Source: Myxococcota bacterium (lineage in GTDB: Bacteria; Myxococcota_A; SURF-8; G963663525). Taken from it: a stretch of DNA of 64,000 nucleotides. The stretch lies in assembly GCA_963676915.2 (NCBI GenBank), contig CAXXVK010000067.1, positions 32,001 through 96,000 on the forward strand. The letters are read 5' to 3'. A program made the translations under genes and the position numbers. Below the pieces are notes generated by a model. It saw nothing but the letters and a program-made list of their open reading frames with translations. It did not search any database and was not told the origin of the DNA. Shown piece by piece: positions 18,371 through 29,100 of this stretch; the first letter of the stretch is position 1; each line of letters begins with the position of its first letter.

Positions 18371-19362
18371 CAGGAGACTGCCTTACCGATGCCGTACTTT
18401 CGTTTCAGTGAGACGATGCGAGCGGCGCTTTTTTCGACGCGTTGGGCGGTGGTTTCATCCCTTTTGGCTTTTTCGACCAATGCCTTGCCGAGCTTTCGCG
18501 CCAAACTGTAGGTATGGCAGACCAGCCAGAGATCCACTTCGGCATCCAGCAGTTTTTCCGTCAGTTTCGCCGGAGAATAGCGCCCGGCGATGGCTTTCAT
18601 TTCCAGATCGTCCGAAACAACCACGCCGTCGAAACCTAGTTCTTCACGTAAAATTCCGTGAAGAATGGTGCGCGACAACGTCGCCGGTTCGTTGGGGTCG
18701 ATATTCGAGTACAGAACGTGGGCGCTCATAAGCATGTCAATGCCGCTATGGATCGCTTTTTGGAACGGCTTCAGCTCGATACCATCGAGTCGTTTTCTGT
18801 TGTGATTCCAGACGGGTAGCTCATGATGGCTGTCGGCCAGCGTGTCGCCATGGCCGGGAAAATGTTTTCCGCAGGGAATCACGCCCGCCTGTTGCAATCC
18901 TTTAAAAAACGCCACGCCGAATTTTTCCACCGGTCGGACGTGAGCACCGAAAGCCCTGTCGCCGATCACGGTGTTTTTCGGGTTGGTTGCTACGTCGAGT
19001 ACCGGGGCAAAATCGCAGTTGATGCCCAATTCCAGCAATTTTTTCCCAAGACCGAAGGCCACTTTTTCGACTTCATTGGGCTTGAACATCCGGGCCATGG
19101 TTTTCGCAGGAGGTAGTTTGTATGGTGGCGAGGGCAGACGCATCACCCGCCCGCCTTCCTGGTCGATCCCTACAATGAGATCCCCACTAGCGAGTTCCTG
19201 GAGTTTTCCTACGAGATCCGCTGCCGCGTCGGGACTGGGGCAATTGCGAGCGAAGAGGATCACGCTACCGATCCGGCGTTCTTCGATCAGTCGGCGGAGT
19301 TCATCGTCAATTTCGGTTCCCGCGATCCCGCAACAAATCATCTGGCCTGCGTGTTCGAACAT
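18370..19362 (-). CDS. nagZ: Beta-N-acetylhexosaminidase (GH3)
   Basis: IDQEGGRV, FAPVLD, KHFPGHG...DSH, SDDLEM motifs. Confidence 0.95.
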   Translation of the reverse strand: MFEHAGQMICCGIAGTEIDDELRRLIEERRIGSVILFARNCPSPDAAADLVGKLQELASGDLIVGIDQEGGRVMRLPSPPYKLPPAKTMARMFKPNEVEKVAFGLGKKLLELGINCDFAPVLDVATNPKNTVIGDRAFGAHVRPVEKFGVAFFKGLQQAGVIPCGKHFPGHGDTLADSHHELPVWNHNRKRLDGIELKPFQKAIHSGIDMLMSAHVLYSNIDPNEPATLSRTILHGILREELGFDGVVVSDDLEMKAIAGRYSPAKLTEKLLDAEVDLWLVCHTYSLARKLGKALVEKAKRDETTAQRVEKSAARIVSLKRKYGIGKAVS

Positions 19363-21678
19363 CTAGCCGTTTCCTCTCACTATTTCTTCCAACAACGAGC
19401 GGGCCTGTTGCATTCCCCTCGGCCAATTTATTTCTCGGCTGATGCGATAACTTTGCCGTACGAAAGCCGTAGCTTCTTTTTTGTGTTTCTGCCGCCAGGA
19501 GAAGCGCGCCAGGAAATGACTGAACACCGCCTTGGAATGTCGATCTCCGGTCAGGTCGGAGTTGGCAAGTCCCAACTGTGCGTATTTCATGGCGTTTTTC
19601 AGATCACCACGTCCGAAATACAACGAGGCCATACGGCTTAACGCGGGAAGCAGGTGGGTGGCGTCTTGATCTTTGGAGCTTTGTTTCGAAAGGCGCTTCA
19701 ACAGGCTGTGCGCCGCTTCTTCCTGTCCTTGCGACAACAGCAGGTCGGCTTCGTCGAGGTAGATCGGCGAGGACCACCGCACGAGGCGGTCCAGGCGGTC
19801 TTCGGCGTTGCGGGCGATGGTCAAAGCCTCGGTAAGCTTCTGGTGAGCGTTGTTTTTTTCTCCCACCGCGCTGTAATAGCGTCCCCATTGGTGATTGACA
19901 AAGCTGACGAGCTTGGGATCTTTCGATTTGGCGGCTTCTTTTTGCGCCTTTTCCAAAACCTCCTGGACTTCTTTCCAGTTGTGGCTTTCCATCTCCAACT
20001 CGGCAATCGCGAGGAAACAATTCACAGCGGAATGCCGGGCTTGAAGATGTTCGACGGCGAACGTGATGCATTTTTGCAAAAGTTCTATCGCACGTTCGTG
20101 TTGTCCCATGGTTCTGCGACAACGTGCGGATTTTTGCATTAAATACAGCACTTTAAAATCGTAAATAGTTTTATCCGGGAACTTCTTCCGTAACGGTGTC
20201 AGGCAATTGGCCGCCTGTTCGTAAAATTCCGCCGCAATGGAGAATTGCAACTGATCGGCGAGCCGATCACCCTGGGATTCAAGCTTGCGAATACGCGCAG
20301 GAGTATCGACGGCGACCCAGGCTTCGTGATGCAACAGGGAAACTCCGGCAATGTAAGCGGGTTTGCTGCTTTGCAGCGATAAAAAACCCACCACCCGATT
20401 GTGTAAATGAAGCAGGGGAGTGGTGCCCGCCAGTTTCCAGATGGATTCCCGTTGGATTTCATAATGCAAGCGCACGAATTTACGGTCTTTTTCGGTAATA
20501 AGTCGAATCCAGCGCATGTCTTTCAGGAATTCAATATCCTCGTCGAATTTATCCGAGCGGGAATACAGCACCCCAAGTGCTTCGGGAGTAGCTTCGTCAC
20601 CTAAAAGTGCAATCCAGCTTACCAACTCTTGCAACGGTTCGGAAAGACTGGAGAAACGTGTGGAGTTGACCTCTTCGGACGATTTTGGCCATGGAATGTT
20701 CGAAGCCACTTCCAACAGCCCCCACGAACCGTTTCGCTCGAACAGCATTCCTTGTTCTTCGAGATAGTCGATCAATAGTAACGCCAACTGGGGATTTCCG
20801 TCGCTCTCCTTGATAATCTGTCGTTTGATCGTGTCCGAAAAGCGAGTCGATCCCAGCCGGTTGGCCACGACGGCCAATAAAGCACGGGGATCCATTGGTT
20901 TTATCGTGATTTCGTTTGCGGAGGAGTCTTCCGGGACTGTCAAATCACCGGGACGAAATCCAACGACCATCATCGCTTTCAAATCCGAAAGGTTGATGGG
21001 TAAACGAGAAATCACGCGTTTCGACATGGTGTCCATGTACATCGGATGATCCACGAGAAAGGCTGCCGGAGTCTTTTTCGCCAATCCGACCATCAATTTA
21101 ATGATGGCGCTTTCCAGTGTGGAAATGGCCGTTTCGTCGCGAATTTTCATTTTCGAGGCGTAGCCCTGGGACCAGGGAAGAAGCTGCCACAGGCTGCGGA
21201 TATCCATTTTTTGAAGTCCGAAACCTCGAAGCACGTTCATTTTTGCGGCCAATGCGCGGTGATCGTCCTGTTGGGAAAACTGGCAGACTTCTTCGAGAAT
21301 GGAAAGGAACGGTCCGAAATTCCACTTGTGGAGTTCGGGTACTCCCTCGATACGGTAAACCTTCAAACCCTGTGCGTGATAAAACGCCTGCAACTGATCG
21401 AGCAGATCGGTCTTGCCGAGGCCTGGCTCTCCCTGAATCCAGAGGGACTGCCCTTTGCCTTCCATTGCCTGATTCAAAAGGGGAGGGATGCGTTCGAGGA
21501 TTTCCTTGCGACCGACGAAACCCGGACGGACATCGAAAGGGATCGTAATCGATCCGGAAGCCGAAACCGAGGGTTCTTCTTGCGCTTCGATTTTGTGTCC
21601 GCAGTTGGGACAGAATTTGGCATCGACGGGTATCGGGGTTCGGCAGCCCGGACAGGGTTTTTCCATTGTACTCATCAT
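19363..21678 (-). CDS. Zinc-ribbon + AAA/STAND-like ATPase + TPR protein
   Basis: CPGC...FCPNCG; FVGR; Walker A GEPGLGKT; SDGNP; C-terminal TPR helices; start uncertain (21666-21768). Confidence 0.78.
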   Translation of the reverse strand: MMSTMEKPCPGCRTPIPVDAKFCPNCGHKIEAQEEPSVSASGSITIPFDVRPGFVGRKEILERIPPLLNQAMEGKGQSLWIQGEPGLGKTDLLDQLQAFYHAQGLKVYRIEGVPELHKWNFGPFLSILEEVCQFSQQDDHRALAAKMNVLRGFGLQKMDIRSLWQLLPWSQGYASKMKIRDETAISTLESAIIKLMVGLAKKTPAAFLVDHPMYMDTMSKRVISRLPINLSDLKAMMVVGFRPGDLTVPEDSSANEITIKPMDPRALLAVVANRLGSTRFSDTIKRQIIKESDGNPQLALLLIDYLEEQGMLFERNGSWGLLEVASNIPWPKSSEEVNSTRFSSLSEPLQELVSWIALLGDEATPEALGVLYSRSDKFDEDIEFLKDMRWIRLITEKDRKFVRLHYEIQRESIWKLAGTTPLLHLHNRVVGFLSLQSSKPAYIAGVSLLHHEAWVAVDTPARIRKLESQGDRLADQLQFSIAAEFYEQAANCLTPLRKKFPDKTIYDFKVLYLMQKSARCRRTMGQHERAIELLQKCITFAVEHLQARHSAVNCFLAIAELEMESHNWKEVQEVLEKAQKEAAKSKDPKLVSFVNHQWGRYYSAVGEKNNAHQKLTEALTIARNAEDRLDRLVRWSSPIYLDEADLLLSQGQEEAAHSLLKRLSKQSSKDQDATHLLPALSRMASLYFGRGDLKNAMKYAQLGLANSDLTGDRHSKAVFSHFLARFSWRQKHKKEATAFVRQSYRISREINWPRGMQQARSLLEEIVRGNG

Positions 21679-22050
21679 TCCAACCGGTTTGAAATGGGGT
21701 TGATATTTCCAAGGCGTATCGTACCTCAAGACGTGCCCGGACTTCAAGATGAATTCCCCGTTTTGCAAACGTGCGATTTTTTTATGAAAATCGTTGGTCA
21801 GCCAAGCTTTGCCTCACCATGGGGTCACGTGGGCTAATACATTTTTTCTAGCTTATTCATTTCTTCAATGCTTTTTAGAGAATCAGCGAATTCTCGATAT
21901 TTTATTTCATGTTTCCGTTGGAATCCTTTTCGGTAACTCCGGTTTTTCTTGCGAAAACCACCCTCTGCGGGTAGGTTCATACCGCGATTTCGGAAGGCTT
22001 TGTTTCACCATTTTACGTTTTTTTCGACGTTTTCACATTCGGGGATCACC

Positions 22051-23622
22051 ATGTCAACTGCAGATTTCATCGCTTATTCCATTGTTATCGGCGGAGTTCT
22101 CGCGTTTGCCGCGATTTTCTGGAGTTATTTCAAAGGACTGCGAAAATCTCCTCGCGACATGTGGTTCCTGTTCGGCTACAAATTCATCGAATATTCCGCC
22201 TACGGCGCGATGAATATGGCCATCATCCTCTGGTTGTCCAAAGACTGCGGCTTGGGGGATATCGTAGCGGGTAGCTACATTTCAGCCTGGTCGATGATGC
22301 TTTCGGTCATGGCGATGGTCGCCGGTGCGCTGGTCGATACCATCGGCATCAAACGAACATTGGTGATCAGCATCGTATTTTTGCTGATTTCCCGGTTCTT
22401 TATGGCCTTTGTCACCGATCCGGTCCTGGTTTTCTTCTTGGGATTTGTTCCGCTGGCGATCGGTTTTGCCATCGTCGGACCGCTTGTTTCGGTCGCGATC
22501 AAACGTTTCACGACAAAAGAAGGCGCCGCCCTGGGTTTCGGCTTGTTTTACGTGGTGATGAACATTGCTTACGCCGTCGGTGGCTGGTTGTTCGACTGGC
22601 TACGAGAAACTTTTGCAGAGCGCGATACTTTAGGCAAGATCATCAACGAAAACTTCGGTACCGAACTGATGGGAATGCATTTTACCACCTATCAGCTTTT
22701 CTTTGTCATGGGTTTCATTTTCACCCTGGGTAGCCTGTTCATCGCCATTTTCATTCGCGATGGCGTGGAAATGATGGATGACGGCGAGATCGTGGTTCAT
22801 CCTAAAACCGAATATGGCAGTGGACTTGAGTCTATTCGCAATGCCGCCATTGAAACCGCCAAAATGATCAAATCGGTCATTACGGAAAGATATTTCTGGA
22901 TTTTCTTGGGTATGTTGGCATTGACCCTGTTCGTTCGTTTTATTTTCTTCCATTTTCATTATACCTTCCCCAAATACGGCATTCGCGTCCTTGGCGAAGG
23001 AGCGAAAATCGGTTCGATTTACGGTGTCCTCAATCCGGTGCTAATCGTGTTTCTCGTGCCGCTGGTTGCCGCTTTTACGAAAAAAATCAGTTCGTACAAA
23101 ATGATGATCGTGGGGTCGGTTATTTCGGCTGGTTCGTGTTTCATCGCGACCATCCCCGCAGAAAGCCTTGCTCATTTGACCGATTCCGTTCTAGGCGAGT
23201 TGATTTTCATTAAATGGCTGGGAATGGCCGATACCATGGAAGCCTTGCTGCAGAATCCTCCCGTTCCCGAATACTGGCCGTTGATTTTCTTCATTACAGT
23301 GTTCACTGTGGGTGAAGCCATCTGGTCACCACGCCTGATGCAATTTACGGCGGAAATCGCACCGAAAGGAAAAGAAGGAACCTATATCGCTTTATCGGTG
23401 CTTCCTTTCTTCTTCGCAAAATTTGTGGTCGGGCCGATGTCGGGTTTGTTGTTGGATAAGTACGTTCCGGTAGACGAAGCCGGAAAGGCTATGGCTCCCT
23501 ATGCGGACCACCACATGGTGTGGATCTGGATCGGTGGCATGGCGATCTTCACTCCGATCGGGCTGCTGGTCTTCCGCAAGCTGTTCACACATAGCAACCC
23601 GGACGGCACCACAACGCTGTAA
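22051..23622 (+). CDS. MFS transporter (POT/PTR-like)
   Basis: FIEYSAY, FGLFYVVMNI, GEAIWSPR...IAPKGKEGTY; multiple TM helices. Confidence 0.85.
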   Translation: MSTADFIAYSIVIGGVLAFAAIFWSYFKGLRKSPRDMWFLFGYKFIEYSAYGAMNMAIILWLSKDCGLGDIVAGSYISAWSMMLSVMAMVAGALVDTIGIKRTLVISIVFLLISRFFMAFVTDPVLVFFLGFVPLAIGFAIVGPLVSVAIKRFTTKEGAALGFGLFYVVMNIAYAVGGWLFDWLRETFAERDTLGKIINENFGTELMGMHFTTYQLFFVMGFIFTLGSLFIAIFIRDGVEMMDDGEIVVHPKTEYGSGLESIRNAAIETAKMIKSVITERYFWIFLGMLALTLFVRFIFFHFHYTFPKYGIRVLGEGAKIGSIYGVLNPVLIVFLVPLVAAFTKKISSYKMMIVGSVISAGSCFIATIPAESLAHLTDSVLGELIFIKWLGMADTMEALLQNPPVPEYWPLIFFITVFTVGEAIWSPRLMQFTAEIAPKGKEGTYIALSVLPFFFAKFVVGPMSGLLLDKYVPVDEAGKAMAPYADHHMVWIWIGGMAIFTPIGLLVFRKLFTHSNPDGTTTL

Positions 23623-23693
23623 CCTGTCGAGTTCCTTCGGCTTCGTTTACGCGAGGCCGAAGAAAATTCAGATGCATTGACGAAATCTTGGAA

Positions 23694-26195
23694 TCAGTGA
23701 ATCGGATACGTGATTTTCTCGGCTGATTCCGGCAGGTTGTCCAAAAACGTTCTGTTTCGCTCAACCCACTGAAAAAGCCTATCGAGTTCTTCTCCATTGA
23801 GGCGATACAAGGCGATGTCTACCTCTGGAATCCAGGGACCGAGGTTTTCGATGTATCCACCGTCCGAGTACCGCCGATTCACGAAATGCGATTGCACGAC
23901 GGGCGGGGTTTTCGCCACACGGCGGACGGCTTCGCAGAGGGGATCGAGGTCCATGACTCGTGGGACGTGATAGCAACCCATTCCGAAATAAAAATAGACA
24001 TCCTTGTAATTTCTAGGTTTTTCGAAGAATTTCCCGAAATCCGCGAGCAACAGTTTCTTTCCTTCGAGATACGCCGCCCCCTGCAAAAGGTCGGCTGTGC
24101 GGAACAGTCGCTCGGTCGTGACGATTCCGCCGGGTTGTCCCGAGTATCGGCTGTCTGAGATCAGCAGGTGGCTGTCATTGGGTAGGACTTCGACCATGCG
24201 TTGCACGAATTCCGTTTCATTCTGGATATTGTGCCGTGTATCGGCGGTGAAACGCCTGTGCGTGACCAACGGGGATAACAAACAAGCCGCCAGAGCTACG
24301 GCCAGCGCCGCACGCAAATGCCCTTTCAGAGGGAGATTTTCGAGGAAAAATGCTGCTCCGACTCCGACTGATACGCACAGCAGCACCAGATAGCTCAGTT
24401 GGTACCGCAATCCTTCGGCCAGAATCAAGCCCGACTGGATGAGAATCAGTTGCGTTCCAAAGCCTGGAAGCAGCAAAAGCAGTGGTAATGCCACGGGAAT
24501 ATTTCGTTGAGTTCCCAAGGCTTTCGGGAGCAAAGAAAGGAGCCATAACGGGAAAAACACGAGGGGATAAAGCCCCACATCCATCCAGTAATTCCAATAC
24601 TCGCTTAACCATCCGTATTTTAGTCCGGTCGGCATATTGAAAGTTGTAACGAAAGGATACGGAACAAGTGGGTTGGGAGTTGCAACCAGCAACGGTCCTA
24701 GCCCCCGCGAGATCACAGCAAACAGCATCGTGGTCGTCAACGTGATGACGAATGCGATCCACAGCCAGCGACTGCGGGGCCATCGAGAAAATGCGGTGCG
24801 ACTGGACAGCGCCAACAGACCGAATGCCGTACACGTCACGGCGAAACTCAGCAGAATGGAAAAGAAATGACGCCTCGTTTCGGGATCGACGGTGTTCAGG
24901 TCGTTCGTCATCAAATAAAGATGCGGGAAAAGAAACAGAATCGAAACGAGTAACAAAGGCCAGCGTTTCAACAGGCGTCCCAAGGCATTTCGTTCGAGAA
25001 TCATGAAAAACTGAATCATCCCCGCCATCGCCGCCACGGTGGACGACTCTCCCCGACACTGCACGAACAGAAGCAGCGTGCAAAGAAACAAGGCAAGGTC
25101 CAGATTCTTGTCGCGCTCCAGCCAGGCGAGAAGATGCGCGAAACTCGCGGCCAACAACAGGCCCGCCATCGGACCGATCACAAGACCGTTGGAGAAGAAA
25201 ATCAGCGGTGGAAAAGCCAGAACGGCCAGGGCGGAAAAACTGCCTCCCCAAACGGTTCCGCTCAAGCGCCGACCGGCGGCATACGCGGGAATCACAGCCA
25301 GCGCACCCACCACGGCGTTTGCGGTGAATACCAACCGGCTGGAAGGTCCGAAAAGCTGCATCAGCAGATACAACGGCAGACGATAGGTGGGTTTGTAGCC
25401 CTGCCCGAGGTATACGTCCCAACCCTCAAAAGTCCAGATCGCCATGTCTTTGAGGTGGGTGAAATCTCCATGCCCGGAACCAATCGGCAACCGTTCTGAT
25501 GACAGTAGCCGAACCGCAAGTGCTGCCACGAAAAAGAAAGCCATTACGAGGAGTTCCCTCGTTTTTCCGTGCTTGATTCCACCTGCGAGAAGCCATGCAA
25601 GTCCCAATAGATAAAATGCCCAGACCGCCAGGATGACGATCTTGTTGACCAGAAACATCGGTTGATGATCGATGCCGTGATGGGGAAATGGCGTGAAAAT
25701 GTTCTGTTCGTTCGGTTGCAGTCGTTTGCGAAGATCGGGGCGAAGATCGGCGATGTTGCGGGCTTGTGTCGTGACGAATTCCGGGCATTTGTACAAATGA
25801 GGATCTTCCCCGAGACGGTTCAACGTGTCCTGAATGGCCTGATCCCACCTTGTTTTGTCGGTCGCATTGGAAGTGATTTCCGAAGAGGTCGCCAAATCTT
25901 TGCTATCGAGAATTCCGAACCAGACCAATGCTTTGGGTGGTCCTTCGGTTTCTCCGAGCAAAAGAATGGCGCCTTCTTGCGCCTTTTCCACATGTTGAAC
26001 CGGGAGGTTTCGTTCCTTCAGATGATCGGCCAGCGTCGAGAAATCGCAAGGAGATGTTGAATTCTGCGCCCAGGATTCTTGTGGCTGTGAAGCGATCGTT
26101 AGTAACAACGTTACCGCCAGCAACCAAAGGAATCCGAAGCGAAAAACGGGGAATTTGCTGCGATATTTCGCGTTTTTTCGCAACATCTCGGTCAT
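23694..26195 (-). CDS. Multi-TM glycosyltransferase-like protein (GT-C/ArnT-PMT-like)
   Basis: Many TMs with LAVRL, NAVVGALAV, QCRGE, LRY motifs; ATG overlaps the TGA of the upstream gene (ATGA). Confidence 0.6.
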   Translation of the reverse strand: MTEMLRKNAKYRSKFPVFRFGFLWLLAVTLLLTIASQPQESWAQNSTSPCDFSTLADHLKERNLPVQHVEKAQEGAILLLGETEGPPKALVWFGILDSKDLATSSEITSNATDKTRWDQAIQDTLNRLGEDPHLYKCPEFVTTQARNIADLRPDLRKRLQPNEQNIFTPFPHHGIDHQPMFLVNKIVILAVWAFYLLGLAWLLAGGIKHGKTRELLVMAFFFVAALAVRLLSSERLPIGSGHGDFTHLKDMAIWTFEGWDVYLGQGYKPTYRLPLYLLMQLFGPSSRLVFTANAVVGALAVIPAYAAGRRLSGTVWGGSFSALAVLAFPPLIFFSNGLVIGPMAGLLLAASFAHLLAWLERDKNLDLALFLCTLLLFVQCRGESSTVAAMAGMIQFFMILERNALGRLLKRWPLLLVSILFLFPHLYLMTNDLNTVDPETRRHFFSILLSFAVTCTAFGLLALSSRTAFSRWPRSRWLWIAFVITLTTTMLFAVISRGLGPLLVATPNPLVPYPFVTTFNMPTGLKYGWLSEYWNYWMDVGLYPLVFFPLWLLSLLPKALGTQRNIPVALPLLLLLPGFGTQLILIQSGLILAEGLRYQLSYLVLLCVSVGVGAAFFLENLPLKGHLRAALAVALAACLLSPLVTHRRFTADTRHNIQNETEFVQRMVEVLPNDSHLLISDSRYSGQPGGIVTTERLFRTADLLQGAAYLEGKKLLLADFGKFFEKPRNYKDVYFYFGMGCYHVPRVMDLDPLCEAVRRVAKTPPVVQSHFVNRRYSDGGYIENLGPWIPEVDIALYRLNGEELDRLFQWVERNRTFLDNLPESAEKITYPIH

Positions 26196-29100
26196 GTCCG
26201 CCCTTTTTTCTTTGCCAGTTTTCCTTTGACGGCCCCGAATCGTCGTTTCAAACCGAAACGTTTCCGTTTTTCGCCTGTTGCTCGTGGATGTTCTCGCAGC
26301 CCGAGCCATTCCTGGTCCAGATTTCGGCATTTGCGCGGAAGTGGTCGCTCCAGACGTTCACCCTGGGCGACCATCTCCCGGACGGTCGCCAACAAGGCGT
26401 CCATCGCCTGTTTTACCTGTGCTTCGCTGATATTCGGCCCGAGATAAAGGCGAAGCGTTTCTCCCTTGAACGGTCCGTATCCACTCCCTATCGTAACGCG
26501 ATTTTCCAGTCGTTCGCGCAGGCGGGATACTTCGATGTCTACCCCCAGCAGATGCGCCAGCACCCCGGAGCGATCCTCGACACGCTGTACCGCTTGCACG
26601 AGATGCGGCGTATTTTCGATGGCTTCTTGCACCACTTTCATTTTGCGTTCCGTCTCTTTTTGGATGGAACGCAAACCGCCTCGTTCGAGGTAGTCTTCCA
26701 ACGCTTCACCCAGTTGGAGAATACCTCGTAAGTTATGGTAGTGACCGGCAAACTGCTCTTTCTCCATTTGAGGAAACGTTCGATAGACCATGGCGACATC
26801 TTCGGGGCTGCGTTCGCTTTCTCGTCGTCTGGCCACTTCCATCGCTTTCGGGGAAACGATCAGCACGCCCAACCCGGCGGGACAACCCATGAATTTCTGT
26901 ACCGAGCCGAAATACACGTCGATGTCTTTCCATTCCCGTCGCAGATATCCGAATTCGCTGGTGCCGTCCACGATGAAGAGAAACGGATCTGTTGTGGCAC
27001 GTTTTCGTTTGATTTTTCCTGGTTTATTCACCCGGTTGCGAATCGCCTGGATGAGTGCCCCAACATCGGTTTGTACCGCCGTGCTCGTTTCGTGTCCCGT
27101 GATGAAAAAACCGACGCTCCGGTCCGACCGCTTCAGATTGGACGCGGGAAGTTTGCTCAACATTTCCGAGGCGATGGACTGTAGCTGGCCGTTCTCACCT
27201 TCTCCCCAACGTAATCGTACCGATTTGACACGCCCCGTACCGAAACGGCGGGCGACATCCAGCATTCGTTCTCCGAACGCTCCTTTGACTCCCACGATTC
27301 CGAAATCCACATCGAGACTTTCGACCGTCTGTTCCATGGCCTGCGTGGCGGAACCGGTGAAGAAGATGCTGTAATTTTTCGGAAGATTCAGGTACTTGCG
27401 CAAGAGGCTTTCGACTTCCAAAGCGGCTTGTTTACGAGCTTCGGGTTGCCCGGTGAGATCTGCAAGGCGGCGCTCGGTTTCCATGCTGCGTTTAAGTATC
27501 CGCCGGTTGATTTGTGCCGGACCGGGGTTGAGCGTGAAAAAATCTTGCTGGTTCCGAAGCCGTTCTTTCGCCTTTTCAGGAGAGAGAGAAGATGTCTGTC
27601 CCAACGCCAGCGCCACGCGACATCCCAACTCGGCAATCGCCTGTATTTTGGGTGTTTCAAGCGTTTCGTGTGGGCGCTCGTCCATTTCGAGCAGAGAATG
27701 CATGTAACCGATTTGATTGCGGCTGGCGGTTTTTCGAGCCACTTCCAAAGTTTCGGCATGACAGACGAGCAGCCCCAGTTCTTCCTGCAGGCCGAAAAGC
27801 TCGCCCGAAAACACAAAGGCAGCCGCTTTACGACGCATCGCCGCCGAAGGACGTTCTAGAGTTTGCATGACCAGGATTTTGTGAATCTCGGTCCAGGCGG
27901 GATCGTCCAGAAGTTTTGGGTTGTTGGTTGCGACGGCTTGAACTTCGGCGGGGGGCTGGTGTTGTTCTTTGTCGCGCAAGTCCAACGCAACGCCGCCTTT
28001 TCGGCGATTGACCAACGCTTTGAAACAGGCGACCACCGCTTTTTCTGTCGAATCGGTGAAAAACACCCGTTCGTCGGGTTCCAGACCCAGCCATTCGCGC
28101 AGCAATCCCAGAGTTTCGGACAAGATTCGCATGCCTTCCGGGCTACGGTGAGAATGCTGGCACCATAGCAAAATCGAAGTATGCAACCGAGCGATAGCCG
28201 GTGCGGAGGTCGGTAGCGACGGGTCCGAGGCGAAAGCGTTGAGAATGCCATGCTCCAGGCGTGGCGGGTGTGCGTGCAGTTTCAAGCGACTCGTTGCGCC
28301 GAACGTCCTTCCTCCATAGGTTTGTGTGTACCGGTACAGTTCTTCGGTTCGTTCCGGGTCGCGTCGCTCCAGCCAGCGTGCATACGCTGTGGAAAGGTGT
28401 TTTTCACCCGGTTCGAACTCGATACCGAACTGTCCGTGCAGGCTTTCGAGGTGTTTTATGAGCGTTTTTTTGCGATCTTGCAGAAAAACGTAGGCTTCTG
28501 AGGCGCGCTTGCGGGTGTCCTCGTCCTCGCCTTCGAGAAAATATGTGGCACGAATGTGGGGATCGATTCCCCCGCTGACGGCTTCCTGCACCATGCCGGG
28601 ATGAGCATGCCCGTAAATGTAGACACGGAACTGACGGTCCCGCAGATCCTGAACGTAGGCCCAGTACACTTCCATCACGGCCTTGTAGGCTCGTTCACGC
28701 AGGGCGGGATCGTCGCCGGTAATTCTGCAATTGAAGTCGGTTGAGGTGGTGAACCCCTTCCATTTCGAGGCTCGGGTCATCTCGGGAATGGCTTCGCGCA
28801 TTCGTTTTAACGCACGCATTTCGCTGGGCAGGAAATACACGATATCTTCGTCCGCGTCGTCGTCGTGATCGTCCGAGCGGTAGATGTCCCGCCACTTCTG
28901 CAAACCGCGAATCGCGGCGAAAAGGTTGTCAGGTTCTTCACGACCTTCCGGCGGTTCTTCGAACAGCGCTTCGAGAAGGTCGATCATTTCGTCCTCGGAC
29001 ACGTCGGTGGTGCAGTTGACCAACAGCCCGATATGGCATTTCGCATCGCGCATGGTTTCCAATAGACTGCCGATGCGACCGCGTTCTTCGCTGTCTTCCC

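Noticed and set aside
24217-25422. 401-aa same-strand alternative-frame ORF inside the GT-like gene
   Set aside because: Arg/Ser-rich off-frame translation with no recognisable domain
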